NCBI RefSeq assembly: GCF_001194135.2
Contig: NC_068992.1
Location: forward strand, 27,151,447 to 27,215,446
DNA length: 64,000 nt
DNA from: Octopus bimaculoides
Lineage: Eukaryota
Reading direction: 5' to 3'
Shown here: in pieces, positions 53,281 through 64,000 of the stretch
Position numbering within the stretch: position 1 is the first letter of the stretch
How the letters are laid out: every line of letters starts with the position of its first letter
Program-made: the position numbers and the translations under genes
The notes under the pieces: model-generated
Database searches by the model: none
The model's input: the letters and a program-made list of their open reading frames with translations, nothing else
Told to the model about the DNA's origin: nothing

Positions 53281-54879
53281 TACGTGAATGTGTGTGTATG
53301 TGAGGTGTTAGTGTATTCATATACGTTTGTATATGTGTCTATCTGTGTATGCGTAAGCGTGTCTGTATCTGTGTCTAAGTTTTTCTTCAATGTTTATTAC
53401 GTAAAGTTTTTTCGATAAAATCCATATAAACTATTGCCCTAGGAATGTCATTTATTTTACTTGTGTCTTTTATTTTTCCTCTTTTGTTTTATTTAATTTT
53501 AGTTCGGAGTTGTACGTGTGTGTGTGTGTGTGTGTGTGTGTTTACTCATCTTTATGTTTTTGTTTTTGTTCTTTTTAATTTTTGTTGTTTTTTTTTGTTT
53601 TGTTTTTTTTCATTGATTAAAATCTTGTCATTTACAGTAATTCGTTGTAAAAGACAATTTTCTTGTTTTTCCTCTTCTAAAAGATAATCATTATCTCCTT
53701 TAAATGAGATTTAAATAGGAAAAAAATTTGAATCTACAGTTTCAGTGATTTTTTTTTGTTTTGTTTTATGCTTGTTTTGTTTTGTATTTTTTGTTTGTTC
53801 ACATCTTCACATCGTTTCTCCATCCTTCCTAACCTCTGGAGTTACAGTTAGATAGCAACGATGATTTTCTTTTCCCTTTAAAACTGAACATGATAAAGAT
53901 TAGAGGTGACGGATGAAATTGAAAAAATATATATATATAAATTTAAGAAAAGAGAAAAATAGAGAAAACAAAAGAGACAAAAATGAATGAAATAGAGAGA
54001 AAAAAGCAAAGCAGAAACATTTTATAAATAAAAAATATTTTCCGCTTCCATGACTTCCCATAATGCTATTTTGGCTCCACATTTTTCCATATGGGAATTT
54101 GATTTAGAATTTGCAATCTGTTAATCATATTAGTTGAGTTTTATTGACCTTCTGTGGCAATAAATAATATCGAAAACAATCGCAAATCTTCAGATTCTAT
54201 ACAAATTACTTTGCTTGACGCCAAAAACGAGAAGACATAAAATAAATATATTTTTATTTTAACATTAAATAAAATAAACACACGAGAAAATTTAGATTTT
54301 TCTGATCTATTAATAGACGTTACGTGATAACATATAATATAGGGTTGCGATAAAGAAAATATATTTATTTAAAAAATGAAATAAGTGATGGGGAGGGGGT
54401 AAAGAAGGGGAGATAAGAATTATAGTTGTTCTCTTTAGTTCTTTTGTTTTACACCTGCTTAAAAATAGAATAGTTAAAAGTAAAAATAGGAAGCTGCTAC
54501 CTTCATTCTTTTCTCATAAACATTACCATACTGATAGCCTTCTCGCAAACTCATCAAGCAGAGTCCTCATCAAATATGTTCCAGTCGTCAACATCTATGT
54601 TATTTGCAGACTATTCTTATTACTGCTTTTTCTTGTACAAATATGGTACCAGTGAGGACTCTAAATACATTTGTGTCTCCTTATTTTTTTTTTTTTTTTT
54701 TATGGTGTCTTTTCTGTGTGTGGTGTACGTTGCAGCACTTTGTTGGTATTTCTTATTGCATATTGCATCGTGTTTTTTTTATAAGAACACAATTCACTTA
54801 TTCTTTATAACACTCCCCTCATCAGACCTAGGCACCAGCTCGCATCATTTGAGAATGTTCATCACAAAGATCTATCAAT

Positions 54880-55192
54880 TACAAGAGAACCTCGGTTTTC
54901 GAACAACTCTGATCACGAACAAATCGTACTTTATCTCCTGTCTTTCTCATATTCTTTTAATACAGTAGCACCTCGGTTTACGAACGTCTCTGATCACGAA
55001 TAAANNNNNNNNNNNNNNNNNNNNNNNNNNNNNNNNNNNNNNNNNNNNNNNNNNNNNNNNNNNNNNNNNNNNNNNNNNNNNNNNNNNNNNNNNNNNNNNN
55101 NNNNNNNNNNNNNNNTATATATTTATTTATTTATTTATATATAAAGCACGATTTATTTGCGATCAGAGTTGTTCGAAAACCGAAGTGCTGTT
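54880..55192. mobile_element. pogo/Tigger-like MITE with a duplicated left TIR, spanning a gap
   Basis: Left ends TACAAGAGAACCTCGGTTTTCGAACAACTCTGATC (~54880) and TACAGTAGCACCTCGGTTTACGAACGTCTCTGATC (54961); right end GATCAGAGTTGTTCGAAAACCGAAGTGCTGTTGTA. The gap is 55005-55115. Confidence 0.7.
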
Positions 55193-55640
55193 GTACTACG
55201 GCCTATCTCACCAAGAATCTATTCTTCTTCAGTTATTATTAAGTTTATGTGATGTTTTTATATTGTTTAGTACAGAGCAGTCTATATATTAGCCTGGTCT
55301 ATACACCTGATTCTTTGATGTTTAACGGAGCCCATACTGTTGTAAGCATTTGGTTCAGGCTTTCGGTTCGAGGATACTTCCCGTTCTCCCTCCCGTCAGT
55401 CTCGGATGCCATTTGAATGCCATAAGCATTGCCTTTCGAAATAATAGATATTAAACTGTAGTAAAAGAAGTACCGGGTACAAGGTCGCAGTCCACTGACT
55501 GAAACAGGTAAAAGATTAAATCGACCGCTACTTTTATCAACCTCACGAAAGGTCAATTCGTCGTGAGTAAGTTTTCCTCTCGGAAACTAGAACGGCTGCA
55601 ACTAAATATTGTCTCCCAACTCACTTTCATCGTCGTCGTC

Positions 55641-56165
55641 GTCGGGTATAGCTGATCACGTATGAAAAAATGGAGACCACCTCCCCCTGTGGGATGAAGT
55701 TAAAATAATAGACAGAGAATACCACTGGAAAATACGAAAACTAAAAGAAGCAGCACATATGCTAGGATACAACAACCTCCTAAGCAGACCGAATTAAGCA
55801 TATGGGAACTGGTATTAAGGAAGGATAGGAGAATATTGGATTTATAGGCCCTAAAATTCACTCCATAATTGCCCATTAGCATATGGCGTAGTTGTTAAGA
55901 GCGCGGACTACTAACCCCAAGATTCCGAGTTCGATTCTAAGCAGTATCGCTTGAATATTATTAATAATAATAATAATAATTTTATTAATAATAATAATGA
56001 TAAAATAACATCGAAAAATGCCTTAGGAATGAGAACCCAGGTTCGAAATTACCCTGAAAAAGGCTGGAGGGTATATCAGCCGAAAATAAGATGAGGACAA
56101 ATATCCGTCGAATGTAAATAATGTAAATAAAGTACATAATTCCTCATGTCTTAAATATAGAACTG
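55641..56165 (+). mobile_element. Penelope-like element 3' end: GIY-YIG tail, tRNA-like head, (AAT)n, decayed HHR, tail
   Basis: SGIADHV*KNGDHLPLWDEVKIIDREYHWKIRKLKEAAHMLGYNNLLSRP, stop near 55847, tRNA-like segment at ~55878-55945, (AAT)n, then CTGAAAAAGGCTGGAGGGTATATCAGCCGAAA with stem III deleted. Confidence 0.9.
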
Positions 56166-56309
56166 TATTGAAGTAATATGAGTTACACAAAATTTCTGAT
56201 TTACTACTTAATTCAAATATACATATATAGAGAGAGAGAGAGGCAGATAGACAGACAGACAAGCAGGTAGACAGAGGATAGATTGAAAATGGAGACGGTT
56301 TTTGTCTTA

Positions 56310-57000
56310 GGTAAGATATCATGGATATTCACGCTATTCAAAGGATAGGTTGAAAGAATCAGTTAAATTTCTGATAACAAATGCTTACATTTTGTTTGCA
56401 GATAAAATGCTTAAACAGTTGAGAGGCATCTCTATGGGCGGTATCTATAGTCCTTTGTTGGCTAACTTATACTTATCATCATGCTAGTTTAGTTTTCTTA
56501 TGCAAACAAAAAAGATAGGCCAGTTAAGCAACTAAGTGGATGTTGTAGGTAAGATGATATACTTATTCATAGTTATGTTGTTTTAATAGTTACTGCATTG
56601 CCATCGAATAAATCGTACTCTAGCATACGTCACACCCCTATTTGTAGAAGAAACAAATTTCCCTCATCTGACACTTATTCAAAGATATTTTCAGGTGGGT
56701 CTGTGGCGGGGAAATAAATGATTCTATGTTTGCAGATACAATATTGTGACAGTAAACTGAAATAAATTATGAAACATAAATTTATCATAAATAAACTACA
56801 CTGTAGGAATATCGTATTTCAACTTTCTCTTCTTTCAGATCAATTGTATAATTGTCTATATTTTGGTCGTACAGGATGTAAAACTTCTATTTCTGGCTGT
56901 GATGCTTTGTGTTAATGCTACTGGCTACCATGGGGGAACGTTATCACTATGGTTTGGTTGACATCTATTCATTCCAAAAAATATTTCGAAATGTTGCAGA
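56310..57000 (+). mobile_element. Decayed Penelope-like RT, C-terminal part (Neptune-like)
   Basis: ESVKFLITNAYILFADKMLKQLRGISMGGIYSPLLANLYL matches the Penelope RT Q..GI.MG...PL.ANL.L motif. Confidence 0.75.
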
Positions 57001-57045
57001 AAGAATTGCTAACTAAAACTATATAAAACGAATATTTTTTATGAA

Positions 57046-57209
57046 CAGGCATGGTTGTGTTGTTAAGAAGCTCGCTTGTAACCACATGCCTTGAGATTCA
57101 TTCTCAATGCGTAGTAACTTATACAAATGTCCTCCACTATAGCGCCGGACCAGCCAATGATATGTGAATGAATTTGGTAGACAGAAACTGTTTGGGAGCC
57201 CGTCATATA

Positions 57210-57279
<70 letters not shown>

Positions 57280-57477
57280 TTTGTGTTTGTGTTCCCTCCC
57301 TACCGCTTGACAAATAGTGTTGTATTTTTACGTCCCCAAAAAATGTACCAGTTCGGCAATAGAAACTGATAGAATAAGTTACCCGACTTCAAACAGTAAG
57401 CATTGTAGTCAATTAGTTCAAATAAAGCCATTCCAGGCGGTGCATTAGCATCGCCGCAGTTCCACTAGTAAAACAAG
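57046..57477 (+). mobile_element. SINE family A, diverged
   Basis: Head, GAATTTGGTAGACAGAAACTG..GGAGCCCGTC core, (TG)n and tail. Confidence 0.8.
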
Positions 57478-57813
57478 TAAACTATAAAAATTAAAAAAAG
57501 AAAATATACCAGATAAAATAGAAAAGATCTGTTCAGAAATTAAATACTTCTGAGATGCTAGCTGCGTGGTAGGACACAGCTTTAGTGAAACAATGAAAAT
57601 AATTTTGTTTTTCTCCGCATATTTATCTCTAGTCAATATTTGCTAATATCCCAGCAGTAAATATTTAACAACTAACGTAACTATTTTTATCATGTAGATG
57701 ACATCTCTCAATTACTCTTTCTCTGAGCAATTCTAATTTTCTAAAGTAGCCAATCTTCAATTTCATATATGTTAACGTCATTCATCGTTATTTAGACAAA
57801 TACGAAGGAAATT

Positions 57814-57860
57814 AAGCTTTGCTGATGAGGTCTTAATAACACTGAACCATGTCTAGAGTT
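57814..57860 (+). ncRNA. Decayed minimal hammerhead motif
   Basis: AGCTTTG-CTGATGA(57822-28)-GGTCTTAATAACACT-GAAC(57844-47, expected GAAA)-CATG-TC-TAGAGTT. Stem I pairs only with wobbles, and the core A15.1 is changed. Confidence 0.45.
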
Positions 57861-57904
57861 GCCTCTCGTACAAATGAAAACAATATTTCACGTCTTCACT
57901 ATAT

Positions 57905-58100
57905 CTTTTACTTGTTTCAGTCTCTGCATTGCGACCATGCTGAGTCACTGCCTTGACGGATTTAGTCGAACAAATAAACCCAAGTAATTGTTTTTAAGCA
58001 TGGCACATATCCTGTTGGTCTCTATTGTCTAATCTCAAATGTTACGAGAACTCATTGAAACAAACACTGGTTGTTAGACGGTGTAGGATACAAACACAAG
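57905..58100 (-). mobile_element. SINE family A 3' half, diverged
   Basis: TTTTACTTGTTTCAGTC...GCGACCATGCTGAGTCACTGCCTTGA..TTTAGTCGAACAAAT. Confidence 0.75.
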
Positions 58101-58181
58101 TACAAACACATATACACACCCACAAACATACATAATATATACATATATACACACATATATTACAAAAAATTATAGTAAGGA

Positions 58182-58820
58182 CATCTCTTTCCAGCGTGTG
58201 GCATTACCTCCCGTAATTGCCCTTACGACAAATTTTTACATTTATAAAACTATATGCTTTGTATTAATTTTTGCCTTCATTGGTTTTACACGCTGACTTC
58301 ATGATAAAATCTTAAATAGATTTTATCCTTAGATTTAATTGATAAATATTAAACTGGAATATATTTGGTGCTGAATTATTTTGGTTATACACGCGTGGCT
58401 GAGAAGACCAAAATAGTTTTTCACGGATATATAAGTGTAAACGTTTGTATATGCTCTGTGGATACGTTGTGTTCATATGGTATGCATAAATGTTTATATT
58501 TATGTATTTCTGGTTATGTCATACTGATGAAAGGAAAGTGTATTACCACGCTAACCTTGAAATCGTTCGATATATGACTAAACTCTTTTGAAAACATTTT
58601 TGTTCATTCCCTCGATTTCACCGCGTGTGTATATTTGATAAAGTAACTTAGGACCATTTGGCATCTCTTTCCAGCGTGTGACATTAGCTCCCGTAATTGC
58701 CCTTACTGCTTTTTTATATTTACAAAATTCTATACTTCGTATTAATTTTTACCTTAATTGGTTTTACACGCTGACTACTTTATAAAATCTTATATAGATT
58801 TTATCCTTAGATTTAATTGA
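58182..58820 (+). repeat. Direct repeat pair (58182-58342 and 58662-58820; 480-bp period) enclosing a hammerhead
   Basis: Both copies run from CATCTCTTTCCAGCGTGTG to TTTTATCCTTAGATTTAATTGA, with roughly 85-90% identity by eye. Confidence 0.9.
58518..58578 (+). ncRNA. Type I hammerhead ribozyme (intact)
   Basis: GTCATA(58518-23) CTGATGA(24-30) AAGG(31-34) 20-nt loop CCTT(55-58) GAAA(59-62) TCG-TT-CGA-T(63-71) A(72) TATGAC(73-78). Stem I is 6 bp perfect, stem II 4 bp, stem III ATCG/CGAT; the triplet is AUA. Confidence 0.85.
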
Positions 58821-58858
58821 CACATATATTATTTATATGTATATATGTGTGTATTGTA

Positions 58859-58944
<86 letters not shown>

Positions 58945-60466
58945 TTTAATTTAAAATTAAAAGTTAAGGATTAAAAAGGAGACATTAAAATGCAGTATCC
59001 AAACTTTGTTTCGGGAAAGTTCCTGGCAGTGTTCCTGCAGAGCACGTTCCCCACTTATGGCTACCAGGTATCATCCGTGTTACTGCGCTTTCGTCTCTGG
59101 ATCTACGTCAAGAATTCCTAGGTGCACATTGGATAACGCAACAATCGCTTCGATTTCCTTCTGCACTGCCCCTGTTTCGTTTTCGCTCCAAGTGATATGT
59201 TGGCGGTGTGTTGCTAGTAGTTCACACACATTTTGAAATGAGGAAAGTTGTGGTCAGGAAGTGGTTGATAAGAAAATAAAAAATACAAAGAATCTAAAGT
59301 AAATAAGGGTGTGTGGGAGTGTGGGGTGTAGTGCAATAATGGGTTCGTGGAGTTTTGTGGCAATCACGGAAAAGCTCGTCTAATGGACCTTGCTACTATA
59401 GTACATAGTAAGCCAATACGGAGGAGATCCAATCTATGAAATTATTTCATGCGAGGTGTATAGACTATAAAAATTCCAGAGGTGAGGGCGATGAATATAT
59501 ATATTTAATTACTTGATATCCGTAGGGTTACAGCCGTTTCGCAACCTTTGTCATGCAATAATAATTTCAGTGTATAATAAATTATTTTACATGTCTGTAC
59601 CAATATGCATGCTATATATTGTACAGTAACATTGTGCAATTACAAATCAATGAAGATATAGAAAGGTAGCTCTCTAGATCACCAGGAGATCGTGGTTTGA
59701 ACAATGCTTCAACTTTGCATATACATACGAAATCAACCTTTATATATACAATATATGAAAGACCAATAGTTGATAAAATTAATTTGGTAATGACATTAAA
59801 GAAAAAATGTAAATAATAAATACATTTTAGCCACTTTTTTCTGCAAAATAGGGGTAGTTTATCCTGTTCAGGCTATATTATTAGCATTATCCTGCGATTG
59901 AGAATTTAAAATCACTTCTTTAACTTTCCAAGACATCTCAACGCTTCTAAAAAGCAAACTTCGTTTGTTTGTCTACGTATATCGTAATTTGAATTTAACA
60001 TACATTTTTATGTTATCAATTGATGTAAGAAAAAGACAGGAAAGGGAAAAGAGAGGTAGAAAAGTAGTTAGATTGATAGAATATATGTATATACTGAAAG
60101 GTTTTGAAAATACATATAAACAATAAAGTAAAATATAATATACCTGAATTCAGAAGGGAACAAACAGATGTAGATATCCACAGTTTTGGACATCAGTTAT
60201 TTTCAAATAGGATTAAAGGTCAGATGGTTTTCTGATGCATTGTGTTTTAATGGGGTTGATACCTGTAAGCATTAATACACAAAACATTAAAGAATAAAAG
60301 ATACACAACCACGCTCACATCTGTATATTCATACTTCTCATAAGTCAAACATATGTATGCGTACATAAGTATAAGCACATTTTATATAACTATACGCTCA
60401 GAGAAACACATACATATACACAATACAAATAAATATACGAACAAGAATATATACTCATATACATCT

Positions 60467-60632
60467 TGTTATGTCTCAACGATACTGCTATCTAGCACCT
60501 TCGGATGATCTCTACTCAACCGCTACACAACTGCTACTCGACTGCTACTCAACACACCTACCACGGCCAAACTACCTCTATTTATATGTCTTGGGAGATC
60601 CTACTTCTTCGCCTGGGGGCGTCGACACAACA
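60467..60632 (-). mobile_element. 166-bp solo LTR
   Basis: Termini TGTTATGTC...GACACAACA (TG..CA, 9-bp imperfect inverted ends) flanked by a 5-bp duplication CATCT (60462-66 and 60633-37). A TATAAATA box is on the minus strand. Confidence 0.75.
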
Positions 60633-61010
60633 CATCTATAGAGACATATACATACATAAAGGCGTATATATTTATATAACATGTATATACGTTACTTCAA
60701 AGATAGACTTCCATACTGATAGTAGAAAGATACCTGTACAGACACATATCTATACACGGTTATACACACAACAAATAGGTACACAAAACACACGCTCACA
60801 CACACAGAAACATATATCCATATATCATGTATTGTATGTATATATTTTATTAATTGCCTGTATGGCTGATAAACTCGCTTGCCACACGTGATGATATTTT
60901 AATAATGCCATCCCTTCTTACAGCTATATATAAATAATTTCACGTATTTCGTTTGGTCACTTCAAACGGACTTTTGCGGGCATGGTGGGGGAAAATTTTT
61001 GTAGTAGTAA

Positions 61011-61086
61011 ACTGGCAGACTTTAGCTGATGAGAAACAGGTACCCATTTGGCGCTAATTTCGAAACCGGGTTCCAAGTTAACCAGT
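61011..61086 (+). ncRNA. Near-intact type I hammerhead ribozyme
   Basis: CTGATGA(61026-32) GAAA(33-36)/TTTC(58-61) stem II, GAAA(62-65), ACC-G-GGT stem III, triplet GUU(70-72). Stem I is GACTTTAG/CCAAGTT with one mismatch and one bulge, extended by ACTGG/CCAGT. Confidence 0.65.
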
Positions 61087-61291
61087 ATTGCTTGTGCTGA
61101 CCTAGCAGAGGTAAGACGTTTTTAATTTTCACTGGAATTTTTTCTACCATTTCTGTATTAGATTTGTGACTATTCTGTAATACAGAAGCATTTTTTGACT
61201 TCCATTTTTAGCGATGTGGGTACTCATGTGGTGCCTTCGTGTATATACATCTGTTTATTAATGTACATATTATATATACATACAATATATA

Positions 61292-61982
61292 NNNNNNNNN
61301 NNNNNNNNNNNNNNNNNNNNNNNNNNNNNNNNNNNNNNNNNNNNNNNNNNNNNNNNNNNNNNNNNNNNNNNNNNNNNNNNNNNNNNNNNNNNNNNNNNNN
61401 NNNNNNNNNNNNNNNNNNNNNNNNNNNNNNNNNNNNNNNNNNNNNNNNNNNNNNNNNNNNNNNNNNNNNNNNNNNNNNNNNNNNNNNNNNNNNNNNNNNN
61501 NNNNNNNNNNNNNNNNNNNNNNNNNNNNNNNNNNNNNNNNNNNNNNNNNNNNNNNNNNNNNNNNNNNNNNNNNNNNNNNNNNNNNNNNNNNNNNNNNNNN
61601 NNNNNNNNNNNNNNNNNNNNNNNNNNNNNNNNNNNNNNNNNNNNNNNNNNNNNNNNNNNNNNNNNNNNNNNNNNNNNNNNNNNNNNNNNNNNNNNNNNNN
61701 NNNNNNNNNNNNNNNNNNNNNNNNNNNNNNNNNNNNNNNNNNNNNNNNNNNNNNNNNNNNNNNNNNNNNNNNNNNNNNNNNNNNNNNNNNNNNNNNNNNN
61801 NNNNNNNNNNNNNNNNNNNNNNNNNNNNNNNNNNNNNNNNNNNNNNNNNNNNNNNNNNNNNNNNNNNNNNNNNNNNNNNNNNNNNNNNNNNNNNNNNNNN
61901 NNNNNNNNNNNNNNNNNNNNNNNNNNNNNNNNNNNNNNNNNNNNNNNNNNNNNNNNNNNNNNNNNNNNNNNNNNNNNNNNNN
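61292..61982. other. Assembly gap (N run)
   Basis: N run. Confidence 1.
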
Positions 61983-62554
61983 ATATATATATATTTATAT
62001 GGGTATGTGTATGTGTGTGTGTGTGCATATATGCAGACACACCATATATATGGGTGGATGGATGGGTCTATGGTAAGTGTATATTATACGAAGTGAGGGT
62101 GATGGCGATTGGTTGTAAATTAAGTTGCGCTTCGTTTTATCAATTGCAATGACACGGAGAGTTAGCATCACGCGTATCTACTCAAGTAAAAACACTATCT
62201 CTAACAATGTCGGATATCCATGGCAAATTTAACGATTGAGTTAACCAAGCTGCATGTGACTATTGCAGAATGACAGAGAATACCATTGCAGGAATCAGTA
62301 GCAATATAAAATGCAATATAAAACACAATATAAAATTCAATATACGTCCTCAGAATGCTTAATCATTTGCACCAATCATTTACACCACATTGAGATCTCA
62401 TTTTCTACTTTTCCAAATTGGATAAATATACTCTTAGATACACTGTGACAGAAAAGAACATGGAACGACCGCAACTCGAACATTTTTTTATTGTGAGTCT
62501 GCTCGACTGAGCTTAAACTAGGGATAAATAATAGTTTCTAAAGAAGTCACTAAC

Positions 62555-62710
62555 CTTAAAATTTATGGGGCAAGGTTAGTCGATTATATCGACCCTTGTA
62601 CTTGATTGGAAAGATAATGTTAATCTCTGCAGGATTTGAACGACGAATGTAAGGAGCTGAAAGGCGCAAAGCATCACATTTTCCCCGACACGCTGTCGAT
62701 TTTGTGGACT
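62555..62710 (+). mobile_element. Family B SINE-like unit, diverged
   Basis: AAATTTATGGGGCAAGGTTAGTCGATTATATCGACCC...GCAGGATTTGAAC, followed by (AAT)n. Confidence 0.65.
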
Positions 62711-62711
62711 A

Positions 62712-62759
<48 letters not shown>

Positions 62760-63309
62760 GCAAGCAGTGGCGTTCTGAAACTGAGAATTCAAAATACAAG
62801 CAAAATGAAGCCACTCACCTGATGACGTGCGAATACACAGCTATTACTGGATCATGTTTATATAATATTTATATAATAATATTATTGTATGTGAAACACT
62901 CAGCAGCTAACAGTTGTTGCTAATGCAGAGAAGTAATTATGATTTAGATTAAAGCCTGTTCATTCCATCTTCTTGCATTGTAAATTTTTTATGTATGCGT
63001 ATATATATATATGTGTATGTGTGCGTGCATGCATGTATGTATGCATGCATGCATGTATATGTCACAGGACTTCGCACAACTAGAAATTAATAATTAAGTA
63101 TTACCTGGCTTAATAAAGTGGCCCATGATGAAAACAATCATGCATTACCGATATATGTAATCATCAAAAATCATGAACTCTAAAACATGTCCAACGTTAC
63201 GAAAGTGATGGGCAACTCAGACTGACCAGACCCTCAAGATATAAAAGATTCATAAACAAGCATATCAAACATACATTTCCATTCATCTGGTGCCTAATGG
63301 ATATCGCTA

Positions 63310-63347
<38 letters not shown>

Positions 63348-63351
63348 GGTA

Positions 63352-63801
63352 NNNNNNNNNNNNNNNNNNNNNNNNNNNNNNNNNNNNNNNNNNNNNNNNN
63401 NNNNNNNNNNNNNNNNNNNNNNNNNNNNNNNNNNNNNNNNNNNNNNNNNNNNNNNNNNNNNNNNNNNNNNNNNNNNNNNNNNNNNNNNNNNNNNNNNNNN
63501 NNNNNNNNNNNNNNNNNNNNNNNNNNNNNNNNNNNNNNNNNNNNNNNNNNNNNNNNNNNNNNNNNNNNNNNNNNNNNNNNNNNNNNNNNNNNNNNNNNNN
63601 NNNNNNNNNNNNNNNNNNNNNNNNNNNNNNNNNNNNNNNNNNNNNNNNNNNNNNNNNNNNNNNNNNNNNNNNNNNNNNNNNNNNNNNNNNNNNNNNNNNN
63701 NNNNNNNNNNNNNNNNNNNNNNNNNNNNNNNNNNNNNNNNNNNNNNNNNNNNNNNNNNNNNNNNNNNNNNNNNNNNNNNNNNNNNNNNNNNNNNNNNNNN
63801 N
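63352..63801. other. Assembly gap (N run)
   Basis: N run. Confidence 1.
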
Positions 63802-64000
63802 TATATATATATATATATATATATATATTAATATATATAGGTTTCGCGAGGCAAACAGGAAACATAGAACTAAAAACACGTGTAGATATATATTTTCTAT
63901 AATGTGATGGTGAATTTATTCTGGTTCCGAGTTTTACCGGCAACCTTCTGCAACATCAATGGCACCAAGCTGTACCAAATTTCGTTTCATTGGACAACGT

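Noticed and set aside
58182-58820. TRIM/LTR interpretation of the direct repeats
   Set aside because: Only repeat 2 has TG..CA-like ends and no PBS or PPT is visible; the central hammerhead favours a retrozyme or pLTR explanation.
58985-59240. GC-richer block, possibly a second Tx1 ORF1 remnant on the minus strand
   Set aside because: The similarity depends on assumed frameshifts and is too weak to call.
62815-62860. CCTGATGACGTGCGAATACAC partial hammerhead
   Set aside because: GAAA and stem III are missing, so the core cannot be completed.

Overview
Repeat-dense, AT-rich eukaryotic DNA. The SINE and microsatellite content looks like an Octopus-type cephalopod draft assembly (recognised from memory, not searched). 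There are seven N-gaps. I found no intact host protein-coding gene. Nearly all long ORFs in the track are microsatellite or N-gap artefacts, and the rest are decayed transposon fragments: maT/DD37D, mariner, hAT, pogo-like MITE, R4/Dong, RTE, Tx1/L1, CR1/L2-like, two Penelope-like families and a 166-bp solo LTR. Three abundant SINE families and a tRNA-iMet pseudogene are also present. The most notable signal is RNA-level: type I hammerhead ribozyme (HHR) motifs from four unrelated sequence families. (1) A Penelope 3' terminus arranged as GIY-YIG end, tRNA-like Pol III head (A/B boxes), (AAT)n and a minimal HHR occurs as six HHR-bearing copies, two of them intact. These are repeatedly head-to-head, and one pair forms a 12-bp-TSD-flanked composite carrying a passenger repeat. 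(2) An intact HHR at 58518-58578 lies in a ~1.3-mer of a 480-bp unit with a candidate 12-bp TSD, a retrozyme-like layout. (3) A near-intact HHR lies at 61011-61086. (4) A decayed HHR lies at 57814-57860.
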